IMG/VR virus record: IMGVR_UViG_3300047510_001118 | Span: 214,127 to 278,126 of that record | Direction: 5' to 3' (one strand) | DNA length: 64,000 nucleotides | Position numbers and translations under genes: made by a program | Shown: positions 20,001 through 28,674 of the stretch, piece after piece | Position numbering within the stretch: position 1 is the stretch's first letter | Layout: every line of letters starts with the position of its first letter | The notes under the pieces: model-generated | Databases searched by the model: none | Seen by the model: only the letters and a program-made list of their open reading frames with translations | Told to the model about the DNA's origin: nothing

Positions 20001-23000
20001 TTATCGGAATTAACAATACAAATTCATCTGTTGAAGGAATAAAACAAGTTTTAGCAGTCGGCCCAGGATATATTGAAATTGAACTTCCTCAAGATCTTGA
20101 TACTGAAGCCATTGCGGCACTTAATAACAATCTACAAGTAAACTTATTTGCTTTTACGTCGCAGAGATTAGCAACTACAAGTTCTAAAATTTCAACAATA
20201 GACGACTTAAATGATTTACCTGTTCCTAGAAAAAAGAACGGAGAACTTGTTTGGATTGACGGTGCTAATAATGACTGGAGTGTGTGGAAGTTTGACAAGT
20301 CATATTCTCGATCAGTGATATCTAACACTGCTGATTATTTTGGTAGAACATTAGCAGTAAGCGAAGACGATTCTATTTTTGCTGTTAGCAGTCTAACAAC
20401 TCTAGTTGATAGCAATGGGGATCCTAGAGTAGACGATAACGGAGATATATTAAAGTCTGATGTCTTATCTTTTTATACAAGATCTACTGAAAAGTTTTCA
20501 TGGCTCCTAAAGGGAGAAATATCAAAATTAACAACAATTATTCAGAACGAAAGTTTTCAAAATACAAACTATAGTTTTGGAGAATCGTTAGCCCTTAGCG
20601 CCGCCGGCGACTATCTATTAGTTGGAGCACCAGCATACGGAATAGTTGAGATTCCTCAACCACCGTTGCCACCGATTGAAATAGTTAAAAATTGGGGTTA
20701 TGTTGCCAAGTATAATAAAAACAGATTTAATAATTTTGAATTTGACAGAGTTATTTTAAGTCCAGTACAAACAGATAATGAGTTCTTTGGTCATAAGATA
20801 GCAATATCTGGTAACGTTGCGTTTATTGCCGGTAAAGGCAGTGACACGGCGCCTGCGTCTTTGACAGCATACAATCTAGCATCTAATACAACGACCGTAA
20901 GAATTACTTTCTCTAATGTAGAAATTATTGATTTAACAACAGGTTCTGATAATACTGTGGTAATTTCTAAATCAGACTCAACTGTAGCAGTATACAAACT
21001 AGTAGGAAATTCTTTAACATTAATACAAAATATATCATCAAGTGTTGTTCCAGGTACGCTAATTGACGACAAGTTTGGCCAATCTGTATCAATTTCTAAA
21101 GATAATTCTATGATTGCTGTGGGAATTCCATACTACAGTGAAGTGAATTCTAATCAGGGCACAGTGGCAATTTTAATTAAATCTGGTTCAACTTATCAGT
21201 ACAGTTATCGTGTCAACAGCCCATTAAAACAAGAATCGGAAAGATTTGGTTACAGAGTTAGATTTAATCCTACTGGAAATAGATTGGTAGTTTACAGTTA
21301 CGGTGGCGACCAAACCATTGACACAACGATTGATCAAGGTACAACTACGTTTGACCTAGACGCAATGAAATTTGTAGAGCGCAGTGAAAATGTTGGAAGT
21401 GTGCGTGTCTATGAAAAATACGGAAACAAGTTTATATTCGATGACGAACTTGAGCCTCAAGAAGTCATAGGAATTAATTACGGCGACAATTTAGTAGTGG
21501 GTAGAAACAACATATATGTCAATGACTACACAGCCGTAGAAGGACGTTTCTATGAATTTGTAGGACGATCAACTTCGTGGACAAAATATAGAAGTCCAGA
21601 TCCTATTGTTGACCTAACAAAGATAAAATCTATCTTCTTATACGATACTGTTAAAAATAATATTATTCAAAATTTAGATTTCATCGATCCAATCAACGGA
21701 AAAGTTTTAGGTGTTGCTGAACAAGAACTAAGTTTTAAAACTTATTACGATCCGGCTGTATATTCAACAGGTACTGATGCTGTAGTTGTCGATAGTTTAA
21801 TGCCATGGAAACAACAGCAAGTTGGAAAGTTATGGTGGGATTTAAGTACAATTAAATTTGTTAATCCTAATCAAGGTAGTGTTGTCTATAAAGCAAATAC
21901 ATGGAATAATGTATTTGCTGAAGCAGAGGTTGATATCTACGAATGGGTTGAGTCAGAATATTCACCAGAAGAGTGGGATAGTCTAGCAGACACTGAAGCC
22001 GGCCTTACACTAGGAATCAGCGGAGTATCAAAATATGGTGCTCAGGTATACAGCGTTAGTCAAACTTATGACAACGTAAGCAAAACATTTAAAAACATTT
22101 ATTATTTCTGGGTTAAAAATAAATCAATAGTTCCTGATGTAACCTTCCGTAAAGTTTCAGCCAGAGAAGTCTCAGAATTAATTTCTAATCCTAAATCTAA
22201 AGGCATTAGATATGTTACTTTATTAGGAAATAATCAATTAGCGTTAGTTAACTGTAAAGAATTAATCACTGACAAAGATGTTGCTTTAAATATTCGCTAT
22301 TGGATTATTGACAAAACAGATCAAAATATACACAGTCATTATCAATTATTAGCCGAAGGCAACGTTGACAAAAAACTTAACAAGTATGTTGAACAAAAAT
22401 GGTTTGATAGTTTAATTGGATATGATAACCAGGGTAGAGAAATTCCTGATCCAAGTTTGCCACCGAAGTTAAAATATGGTATTTTAAGCAAACCTAGACA
22501 GTCAATGTTTGTTAATAGATTAGAGGCATTAAAACAGGTTATCGAAAGAGTTAATTCTGTATTAGTAAACAATTTATTAATTGATGATTTTGATTTTGAT
22601 ATTTTAAATTCTAAAGAAGAACCTCCGTCAGAATTTTCAAGAGAATATGACATAGCAATTGACACTCAAAGTCAAATTAGATTTGTTGGATCTACCGGCT
22701 TTGACCAAGCCACTGCTAGTTTAGTAATCAAAGAAGGCAAAATTGAACGAGTAATAGTAACTAGTGCGGGTAGAGGATACAAGATTCCTCCTTCTGTAAA
22801 AGTTATTTCTAATACCGGCTCAGGAGCAAGATTATCAACAGTTATCAACTCTTCAGGAGAGGTTACTGCTATTAATATTGACAATGCTGGTAGAAATTAT
22901 CAAACATCGACCTTTGTAGAAATTAGACCGTTTACTGTATTAGTTACTACTGACGAAACTGCGGCTAGTAAGTGGTCACTGTACACCTGGAACTCAGCAA

Positions 23001-26000
23001 TCGCTAACTGGACCAGAAGTCGTACACAAATTTATGATGTAACAAAACATTGGAACTATATTGACTGGTATGCCACCGGATTCTCATCTTATACTAAAAT
23101 AAATCATCAAATCGATTTAGCATACGAAATGAGCTTTATTGATATTGCCATTGGCGATATAGTTAAGATTAACAATGAAAAAACAGGTGGCTGGATATTA
23201 TTACAAAAAATTAATAATCTTGATACCGATAACGTATCCTTAAATTATAAAACAGTAGGCCGTCAAAACGGAACTATACAATTTAACTCAAATCTTTATA
23301 AGTTTAAGAACAGTAACATAGGTTACGATAGTACAAGTTATGACAGAGATGTCTATGACGACGAGCCTAAAGAAGAATTAAGATTTATTTTAAGTTGTAT
23401 AAAAAATAATTTACTAATTGATAATTTAGAAATTGAATATAACAAATTATTCTTTTCAAGTTTGAGATACGTGTTTACTGAACAAGGTTTTGTTGATTGG
23501 GCATTTAAGACTAGTTTTATCAAAGCCAAACATAATTTGGGAGAGCTTAAACAGAAGGTTACTTTTAAGAGCGACAATCTAGAAAGTTATGAAGATTATA
23601 TTAATGAAGTTAAACCATACAGAACTAAGATTAGAGAATTTATCAGTAATTATACAGCCTATGATCAAACTAATTCTGCTGTAACTGATTTTGATTTACC
23701 TCCAAGGTATGTAACAGCCGAAGGTCAAATTTTACCTTTTACTGTTAAAGTTAAAAATTCTCAGATTGAATATATAGAATCAGACATTCTAAAAGAGCCG
23801 TATCAAGATTGGTTGTCTTCTGTTGGTTACCAAGTAGTTGAGATTAGAGTAATTGACGGCGGCACAGGATATCAAGGGCCTCCTCAAGTAGAAATAGTCG
23901 GTGACGCCGAAACAACAGCAACAGCAAAAGCCTATGTTTCTCAGGGAGCAGTTTCTAAAGTAATAGTTGAAACGCCAGGTCAAGGATATGTAACTATCCC
24001 AACAATACGTTTTAATGGATCAGTTGGTGCTACAGGTAGACCTGCTAAGGCCATTGTAGTATTAGGAAACTCTTTAGTAAGAACAAATAATCTTGGAATT
24101 AAATTTGATAGAATTTCACCTGAGTTTACAGTATCGTCTATTACAGTAACGCAGGCATTTGACGGTACAGGATCAAGAACTAGATTTGAATTACGCTGGC
24201 CAGTTGATTTATCTGTTGAAAAAACCACAGTGTTCATAGATACTGAAGAACTACTATCTAATGACTTTGAAGTTTCAAACGAACTAGATACTACCTCAAA
24301 GTATACTAGATATAAAGGAATTTTAACCTTAACCAAAGCCGCGCCTATAACAACTACAGTTACTATCAATTATGCCAAAGACATAAGATTATTAGACGCC
24401 GCTGATAGAATTCAATATTATTATGAACCTGGAATTGGCCAATTAGGAAAAGATCTTGGTCAATTAATGGAAGGTGTTGATTATGGCGGTGTTGAAGTTA
24501 CCGGGTTAGACTTTGACCTTGGTGCTGGCTGGGATGGCTTGCCTTGGTTTACATCTGGATGGGACGACTTTGATGTAAACTATACTGATCATTTAGTGGT
24601 AACTGACGGTGTACAAAGAACATTCGAATTACCATACACACCCGCAGACGGTGAAGCACTTAACATTTATCTAAACAGTGTTAGAATCGACGATCCAAAT
24701 TACGATGTATATACTCTAGCAGAAGACAATTACAATAGTTTAGTTGCTGAACTTGTGATACTTCAACAAGAAGAAGAAGTATTACAGCAGGCATATGACC
24801 AAGCAGTAATTGATTATGATAATATTATAGCCGAACAAGTTGCTCGTCAGGAACAGTATGATAACCTTACAGCAGATTATGCTCCTGATTCAGGTGCTGA
24901 ACCCGATCCCGATCGTCCTTGGGCAGTGCCTGGCGGTACAGATCCAATTAATATACCGCTTGAAAATCTATTAACAGAGATTCTCGCAGACATTGCGGAT
25001 CTACAGGCCCAGGCAATCGCTGCAGCAACTGTTAGAAATAATGCTCTAGATGATTTAACTGACAAACAACAAGAAGTAGCAGATAAAGAAGATGAAGTAA
25101 GCGATGCTCTTGACACACTTAATGCCGCTCCGGAAATTACAAATCCAACAGCGTCAATGAATACATTCTACGGTGACGGCATAACCAATGAAGTGGTTAT
25201 TCCAAATAATGTTGTTATCGCTGATAAAGATCAGTTTATCTTCCGTAAGATTACCAGTGACGGTAGTTTTAAACCAAACGAAAAGTTTTACGATTCTGAA
25301 ATTATTGGCGGACTTCCAAATTCAACAACAGGCGGCATGAGTTACGAAACTGCCAAAGGAATCCTAGCAGAAGAAATTATTATCGATGGCGATAATTTTG
25401 TAACTACGACATCAAGTCATGCTCCAGAAGAAGTAGTTACTGGGCAGGTGCTAGATTCTGTTTCAATAACAGTCTATGACACAGTTAGCGACGGTTCTCC
25501 GGTGATTTTAAATAGACATTATATTGCCGATGGTGTTCAAACTGAATTTGCTATTGGACAAAAACCAAATACGACTCAAGCCGCATTGGTTAAAATAAAT
25601 GGTTTTGTTAAAAAACAAGATGTTGATTATACTTTTGATTATATAAATCAAAAAATTATTTTTGATACAGCGCCTCAAAAACTTGATGAAGTTGTTATTA
25701 CATCAATGAGTAGAAACGGTCTAAATGTATTAGATGCTGATTCTTTTGTTGGCGACGGTATTACTAAAGAATTTATTACAGTTGCTCGTTGGGAGGAAGA
25801 CAAGTATTCTGTATTAGTGACAATTAACGGCGAAGCAGAAACAGTAACAACATTTATTACAGATTCGTCTTACAGTGAAGTTGGTAATATAGGAATTATT
25901 TTTGATACAGCACCAGTAGCCGGAGCAATCATTGATTACACTGTATTAAGTTCAACAGTTAATACTATCAGTTATATGAAAACTGAAACAGTAATACATG

Positions 26001-27997
26001 ACGGAACGGCTGATTCTTATGTATTAACTCAAATACCTTCTAACTTGAAACCTTTTGAGAATAATGTAATAGTTGAAGTTGCCGGCGAAGTTCTTCGTCC
26101 ATCAGACGCAGTGTACTTTGACGTTCAGGGAACTAATAGAACCTACATAGTTGATGTAGGAGATTATGCTTTAAATTCTATCGATACTTCACAAGTTGAA
26201 GTTTATAGAAATGGAGTAAAACTTTCAGTGTCAATTCAGTATACGTGGACTTCAACTAAAAATGAATTAAAGATTAAACGTGGTATTGCTAATCCGGGTG
26301 ATAAGATTGTATTAGTAATAGTTGATCAAGGTCAATACTATATCGAACCCGACGGCACCGATTTAAAACTAAGACTAGTTGGCACTTATACAGCAGGTGA
26401 TAAAATTTCTGTAACAACTTTTTCAAATCATGATATTCTTGAAATTGAAAGAAATAATACTTACATTAGATCTGCCTCAGAACTAATAAGAGGAACACCA
26501 GAATATTACACAATTAACGAGGTTATCAATGGAAGATTTAAATTAAGATATCCTATTAGTTCTGCTTCTTATGTGTGGGTAACATTTAATGGTAAGTTAT
26601 TAACATCTGAATTAGATTATATTCTTGAAGATAATAACGAATACATCCAAATAGATAAAAATCGAAACCTATTAGAAACTGATTTAGTTGAAATTATCGT
26701 ATTCAATGATGAGTATACTAAACGTCCTTTTGGTTACAGAATTTTTAAAGATATGCTTAACAGAACATTCTATAAGAGAATTGACGATACTATATCTACA
26801 AAATTAGCAACACCTTTAAATTATTTTGATACAGAAATAGAAGTAGAAGATGCCAGCGGACTCTTAGAACCAAATAGAGATCAAAACGAAGCAGGCATCA
26901 TTTATATTAATGCGGAACGTATTGAGTATCTTGAAAAAGATGGCAACACTTTAAGATATCTTCGTAGAGGTACATTAGGTACAGGAACTCCAGCAAGTCA
27001 TCCAATAGGATCATTTGTAAGAGACCAAGGTAAAAATCAAACTATTCCTTACAAAGACGAAACTGAAACTGTGGTATTAGTAGCCGATGGTTACCTAAGT
27101 GCGCTAACTGATTTTGAAAATTCTTCAACAGTAACAGTTACTGATATTAGATACGCAAGCCCAGTAAACAATAATACTGCGTTTCCGTTAGGCGGACAAA
27201 CTGTTACAGTTAAAGGTACAGGATTTAAATCTAACGTTAAGGCCTATGTTGGTAATACCGAATGTCCTACAACTTATATTAGTCCAACAGAATTAACATT
27301 CGTAAACCCACAAAAAACAGTTGGAGCATATGATCTTGTTATTACAAATCCTTCAATAATCATTGACGGCAATCTAATTCCTTCTACAAGCAGAGTAGTG
27401 CCTGGCGCAATTAAGTATCTACAGATACTTCTACCTTTTAGTCCTGCGCCAAACCCAAGTACGGAAACAGGATGGTATAAGAATACTGAAATATTAAATG
27501 TCTCAAAAATACAGATTGGTCGATATTACACTATTTCAGAATCTGGAACAACAGACTTTATTGCGATGGGTGCTGGCTCTAATAATCCGGGACATAGTTT
27601 CTTGGCTACTGCTACTGGTACAGGAACTGGAACAGTAATTAATTATTCTAGTATTCCGTATGAGTATTGGGAAGGACAAGACATTGAAATGTTCATTGGC
27701 GGTAAGAGATTACGTAAGAGTCCGTTGAGCATTTGGGACGAATCGTTAGGCCCAGACAGTCCTAGCGGTGACAAAACATTAGAAGCAGAGTTTGCAGTAA
27801 ACAAAAACATAGGACCCTATGTAAGGTTAACTACACCTCCTCCTAAAGGATCTAAGATTATAGTACAGAAGAAACTTGGACAAATGTGGACAGCACCGGG
27901 AGTACAATTATCAGATAGTCAAACCGATCAGGCTAAGTTTATTAGGGCCGGTGTTGTCTATCTACCAGGAAAAACCCAAATAAATAATGGGAATTAA
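14051..27997 (+). CDS. Giant multidomain baseplate wedge / structural protein (gp7-position), 4648 aa
   Basis: Uninterrupted ORF after gp6; N-terminal LPRYFRT.TN.K.L..TLDQL; CBM-like W-x4-Y repeats, FG-GAP-like propeller, KPYRTKIREF, repeated beta modules, IPT/TIG-like domain near C-terminus. Confidence 0.75.
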   Translation: MAFTKDQKEPKLPIGQDSTRSASDFLPRYFRTNTNRKILNGTLDQLISVGNVDKINAYIGRKSTKAYTPTDNYLEEISLDRQSYQLEPAILVKDKLDNVTFFKDYNDYINQLLYFNTFDIDHELTNSQEFYSWNPHIDWDKFVNYREYYWLPMGPQSIAVKGQSKDIVSTYSISLVEDSDNFAYIFTPDGLTRNPTLKLYRGQTYNFDIDCEGQPLTFSTNRSQDITFVYKDGVTKDSEYVEKGTITFKVPDNAPDIIYYVSKNNINTSGFFKIYDIEENTAIDVEKEILGKKTYLIDGITPLSSGMKINFIGNVTPEKYSTGFWYVEGVGNAIRLVDSVTLENPGGYTFSEDIDFDSEKFDTQGFDSNNNYPSNKDYITINRSSRDRNPWSRYNRWFHKSVIETSAAYNNQPIDLDQEARAKRPIVEFDRDIQLWNFGVEAKNSIDLIDLYTKDVFSTVEGSFGFKVDGVSLVEGMRVLFAADTDKTVNGRIFKVTFVTHLGQKRISLIDVDDTNPIEGESVLVLQGDFLKGKTFHYSSGVWNLSQEKTGLNQPPLFDTVDVSGNSFGDRSVYIGSTFQGTKIFSYAVGDVLDPVLGFNIDYRNIGNIGDIVFDFNLQKDQFTYQGEVELITKKLDRGYLKKNISISTFNLINGWVKAEFNSKQPVIRQYDTTTQNNLFEIDVYKNSATLDDLEVSVFVDDIKQPSTSYEVYRQNSIAYIQFNSDLDTNRSVVLETRSAAKKLKDVGYYKFPSNLESNPQNLSLDDLTLGEITNHLKTIVDNSPSFSGQMPGISNLRDIGDQTGYGSQIIQHSAPLAPIIYSFTNKNVNIIKSLRYANDEYSKFKRNFIRTATTLGYDGETRDHVDLIFKELRKNSTTSSPFYLSDMVPFGVNFIYEQEIIDDSFTDYPLTFDFNLETLSRKSVLVYLNDTLLLYGRDYIFTNDSFVRLLAPITTGDNLKVAQYENSLGCCVPPTPTKLGLYPKFEPKIFIDNTYQTPTLVIQGHDGSITVAFNDYRDNLILELEYRIYNNIKKEYDPSLFDINNFIEGHHRKTNLSTNELNLALRQEFLTWLGLTNKDYTKHDFFDRNNPYTFNYKSYSSSDGTPLIGFWRGIYKYFYDTDRPHTHPWEMLGFSNKPTWWDSVYGIAPYTKDNLILWNDLRDGIIREPGILPKQNKKYVREDLLTYIPVDAEGNLLNPLEIGLVRNYVATSAEKEFTFGDWAPVETAWRRGSQYPFALITALTLLRPAQMFAVCFDRERQYRDGTGQIVYKMPAGNLRFNTTNLVFPNTVKESENRFTSGLINYMCDYAISKSFGFLEEFKTELSSLQIKISSKLAGFTSKEKFKLILDSRSPLNQGNVFIPQENYNIILNTSSPILSISYSGVIIEKTSSGFVINGYNKSNPDFRYFKPLDTVSDPTVNVGGISETYLEWTSGKTYTKGQVVRVDQNFYRVTASHDGGPSFELKYFAKLPALPIVGGREVIIRRNFTTEVSTIHYGAELKTTQEVVDFVLGYGKWLESQGFIFDSFNPVIKTVTDWQTSAKEFAFWTTQNWSTGSVITLSPAAEEVTFGKLYAVADSIYDPFYEYTVFKQDGQTLDPNFTNTVRENNSFSIRPKDTGDGVYHITLNLIQKEHVLILDDVTVFNDVIYDQTQGYRQDRIKVVGYKISDWNGDFVIPGFVYDRAVLTEWKPWRDYALGETVKYKEFYYSARKNIPGTELFNDDEWYRLNGKPESKLIPNWDYRATQFEDFYDLDTDSFDVDQQKFAQHLIGYQKRQYLENIINDDVSQYKFYQGMIQEKGTKNSLSKLFDVLSSTDADSLEFYEEWAIRLGQYGASEGFEEVEYLLDESQFLINPQPIELVDSVPPGVNDFVYRITRDKVYLKPDTYDHKPIPTVRSKKEYIPTAGYVHLEDIKYIITSKDQIGDYNINDLKEGDYFWLGFDKTSWNVYRFTLVVSSVRSFQELSNLRINFNSASSLFSVNDFIGINNTNSSVEGIKQVLAVGPGYIEIELPQDLDTEAIAALNNNLQVNLFAFTSQRLATTSSKISTIDDLNDLPVPRKKNGELVWIDGANNDWSVWKFDKSYSRSVISNTADYFGRTLAVSEDDSIFAVSSLTTLVDSNGDPRVDDNGDILKSDVLSFYTRSTEKFSWLLKGEISKLTTIIQNESFQNTNYSFGESLALSAAGDYLLVGAPAYGIVEIPQPPLPPIEIVKNWGYVAKYNKNRFNNFEFDRVILSPVQTDNEFFGHKIAISGNVAFIAGKGSDTAPASLTAYNLASNTTTVRITFSNVEIIDLTTGSDNTVVISKSDSTVAVYKLVGNSLTLIQNISSSVVPGTLIDDKFGQSVSISKDNSMIAVGIPYYSEVNSNQGTVAILIKSGSTYQYSYRVNSPLKQESERFGYRVRFNPTGNRLVVYSYGGDQTIDTTIDQGTTTFDLDAMKFVERSENVGSVRVYEKYGNKFIFDDELEPQEVIGINYGDNLVVGRNNIYVNDYTAVEGRFYEFVGRSTSWTKYRSPDPIVDLTKIKSIFLYDTVKNNIIQNLDFIDPINGKVLGVAEQELSFKTYYDPAVYSTGTDAVVVDSLMPWKQQQVGKLWWDLSTIKFVNPNQGSVVYKANTWNNVFAEAEVDIYEWVESEYSPEEWDSLADTEAGLTLGISGVSKYGAQVYSVSQTYDNVSKTFKNIYYFWVKNKSIVPDVTFRKVSAREVSELISNPKSKGIRYVTLLGNNQLALVNCKELITDKDVALNIRYWIIDKTDQNIHSHYQLLAEGNVDKKLNKYVEQKWFDSLIGYDNQGREIPDPSLPPKLKYGILSKPRQSMFVNRLEALKQVIERVNSVLVNNLLIDDFDFDILNSKEEPPSEFSREYDIAIDTQSQIRFVGSTGFDQATASLVIKEGKIERVIVTSAGRGYKIPPSVKVISNTGSGARLSTVINSSGEVTAINIDNAGRNYQTSTFVEIRPFTVLVTTDETAASKWSLYTWNSAIANWTRSRTQIYDVTKHWNYIDWYATGFSSYTKINHQIDLAYEMSFIDIAIGDIVKINNEKTGGWILLQKINNLDTDNVSLNYKTVGRQNGTIQFNSNLYKFKNSNIGYDSTSYDRDVYDDEPKEELRFILSCIKNNLLIDNLEIEYNKLFFSSLRYVFTEQGFVDWAFKTSFIKAKHNLGELKQKVTFKSDNLESYEDYINEVKPYRTKIREFISNYTAYDQTNSAVTDFDLPPRYVTAEGQILPFTVKVKNSQIEYIESDILKEPYQDWLSSVGYQVVEIRVIDGGTGYQGPPQVEIVGDAETTATAKAYVSQGAVSKVIVETPGQGYVTIPTIRFNGSVGATGRPAKAIVVLGNSLVRTNNLGIKFDRISPEFTVSSITVTQAFDGTGSRTRFELRWPVDLSVEKTTVFIDTEELLSNDFEVSNELDTTSKYTRYKGILTLTKAAPITTTVTINYAKDIRLLDAADRIQYYYEPGIGQLGKDLGQLMEGVDYGGVEVTGLDFDLGAGWDGLPWFTSGWDDFDVNYTDHLVVTDGVQRTFELPYTPADGEALNIYLNSVRIDDPNYDVYTLAEDNYNSLVAELVILQQEEEVLQQAYDQAVIDYDNIIAEQVARQEQYDNLTADYAPDSGAEPDPDRPWAVPGGTDPINIPLENLLTEILADIADLQAQAIAAATVRNNALDDLTDKQQEVADKEDEVSDALDTLNAAPEITNPTASMNTFYGDGITNEVVIPNNVVIADKDQFIFRKITSDGSFKPNEKFYDSEIIGGLPNSTTGGMSYETAKGILAEEIIIDGDNFVTTTSSHAPEEVVTGQVLDSVSITVYDTVSDGSPVILNRHYIADGVQTEFAIGQKPNTTQAALVKINGFVKKQDVDYTFDYINQKIIFDTAPQKLDEVVITSMSRNGLNVLDADSFVGDGITKEFITVARWEEDKYSVLVTINGEAETVTTFITDSSYSEVGNIGIIFDTAPVAGAIIDYTVLSSTVNTISYMKTETVIHDGTADSYVLTQIPSNLKPFENNVIVEVAGEVLRPSDAVYFDVQGTNRTYIVDVGDYALNSIDTSQVEVYRNGVKLSVSIQYTWTSTKNELKIKRGIANPGDKIVLVIVDQGQYYIEPDGTDLKLRLVGTYTAGDKISVTTFSNHDILEIERNNTYIRSASELIRGTPEYYTINEVINGRFKLRYPISSASYVWVTFNGKLLTSELDYILEDNNEYIQIDKNRNLLETDLVEIIVFNDEYTKRPFGYRIFKDMLNRTFYKRIDDTISTKLATPLNYFDTEIEVEDASGLLEPNRDQNEAGIIYINAERIEYLEKDGNTLRYLRRGTLGTGTPASHPIGSFVRDQGKNQTIPYKDETETVVLVADGYLSALTDFENSSTVTVTDIRYASPVNNNTAFPLGGQTVTVKGTGFKSNVKAYVGNTECPTTYISPTELTFVNPQKTVGAYDLVITNPSIIIDGNLIPSTSRVVPGAIKYLQILLPFSPAPNPSTETGWYKNTEILNVSKIQIGRYYTISESGTTDFIAMGAGSNNPGHSFLATATGTGTGTVINYSSIPYEYWEGQDIEMFIGGKRLRKSPLSIWDESLGPDSPSGDKTLEAEFAVNKNIGPYVRLTTPPPKGSKIIVQKKLGQMWTAPGVQLSDSQTDQAKFIRAGVVYLPGKTQINNGN

Positions 27998-28036
27998 CTA
28001 GGTTTAAAGAAATAACTGCGCAGATTAAATTAACGG

Positions 28037-28042
28037 TAAATA
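28037..28042 (+). promoter_or_regulatory. Late promoter TAAATA
   Basis: Intergenic TAAATA 21 nt before ATG 28064. Confidence 0.5.
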
Positions 28043-28063
28043 TAGAATACAGGTGACAAAAAT

Positions 28064-28672
28064 ATGATTACAAATGACAAATCCGGAATACTAGTACAAG
28101 GGCATATTAAAATATATGACCCAAATACTAAAGAAATCTTTATTGACAAGAAAAATGCTATTCATTATGAAAACATGAGTATTAGTCTAGCAGAAAGTCT
28201 TGCCAATGCCGGACAAGGATTTATTTACGAAATGGTGTTTGGCAATGGGGGTACCACAGTTGATCCAACAGGAGTTATCACATACCTTACGCCTAACAGC
28301 ACAGGATCTAATGCTAGTTTATATAATGAAACTTATACAAAAGTAGTTGATGATCGTAGTACAAATAATTTAGATCCTACAAGAAATAAAATTGAAACTC
28401 GTCATGTTACTGGAACAAACTATACTGATATTTTAGTAACTTGTTTGCTAGACTACGGCGAACCCAGCGATCAGGATGCGTTTGATAACGCTACCTATAC
28501 AGACGGGCAATATGTTTTTGATGAGTTAGGACTTAGAAGTTATGATCCAACGGGCACAGGGCGTTTACTAACACACGTGATATTCCATCCTGTACAAAAA
28601 AGTTTAAATCGTTTAATTCAGATAGACTATACTGTTCGTGTACAGAGTTTAACCGGTTTTAATGAGGCGTAA
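28064..28672 (+). CDS. Baseplate / tail-fibre attachment structural protein
   Basis: GHIKI...KKNAIH, FGNGG, FDELGL...LLTHVIFHPVQKS..R.IQIDYTVR pattern of tail-collar-fibre-like adaptors; context. Confidence 0.6.
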   Translation: MITNDKSGILVQGHIKIYDPNTKEIFIDKKNAIHYENMSISLAESLANAGQGFIYEMVFGNGGTTVDPTGVITYLTPNSTGSNASLYNETYTKVVDDRSTNNLDPTRNKIETRHVTGTNYTDILVTCLLDYGEPSDQDAFDNATYTDGQYVFDELGLRSYDPTGTGRLLTHVIFHPVQKSLNRLIQIDYTVRVQSLTGFNEA

Positions 28673-28674
28673 TT

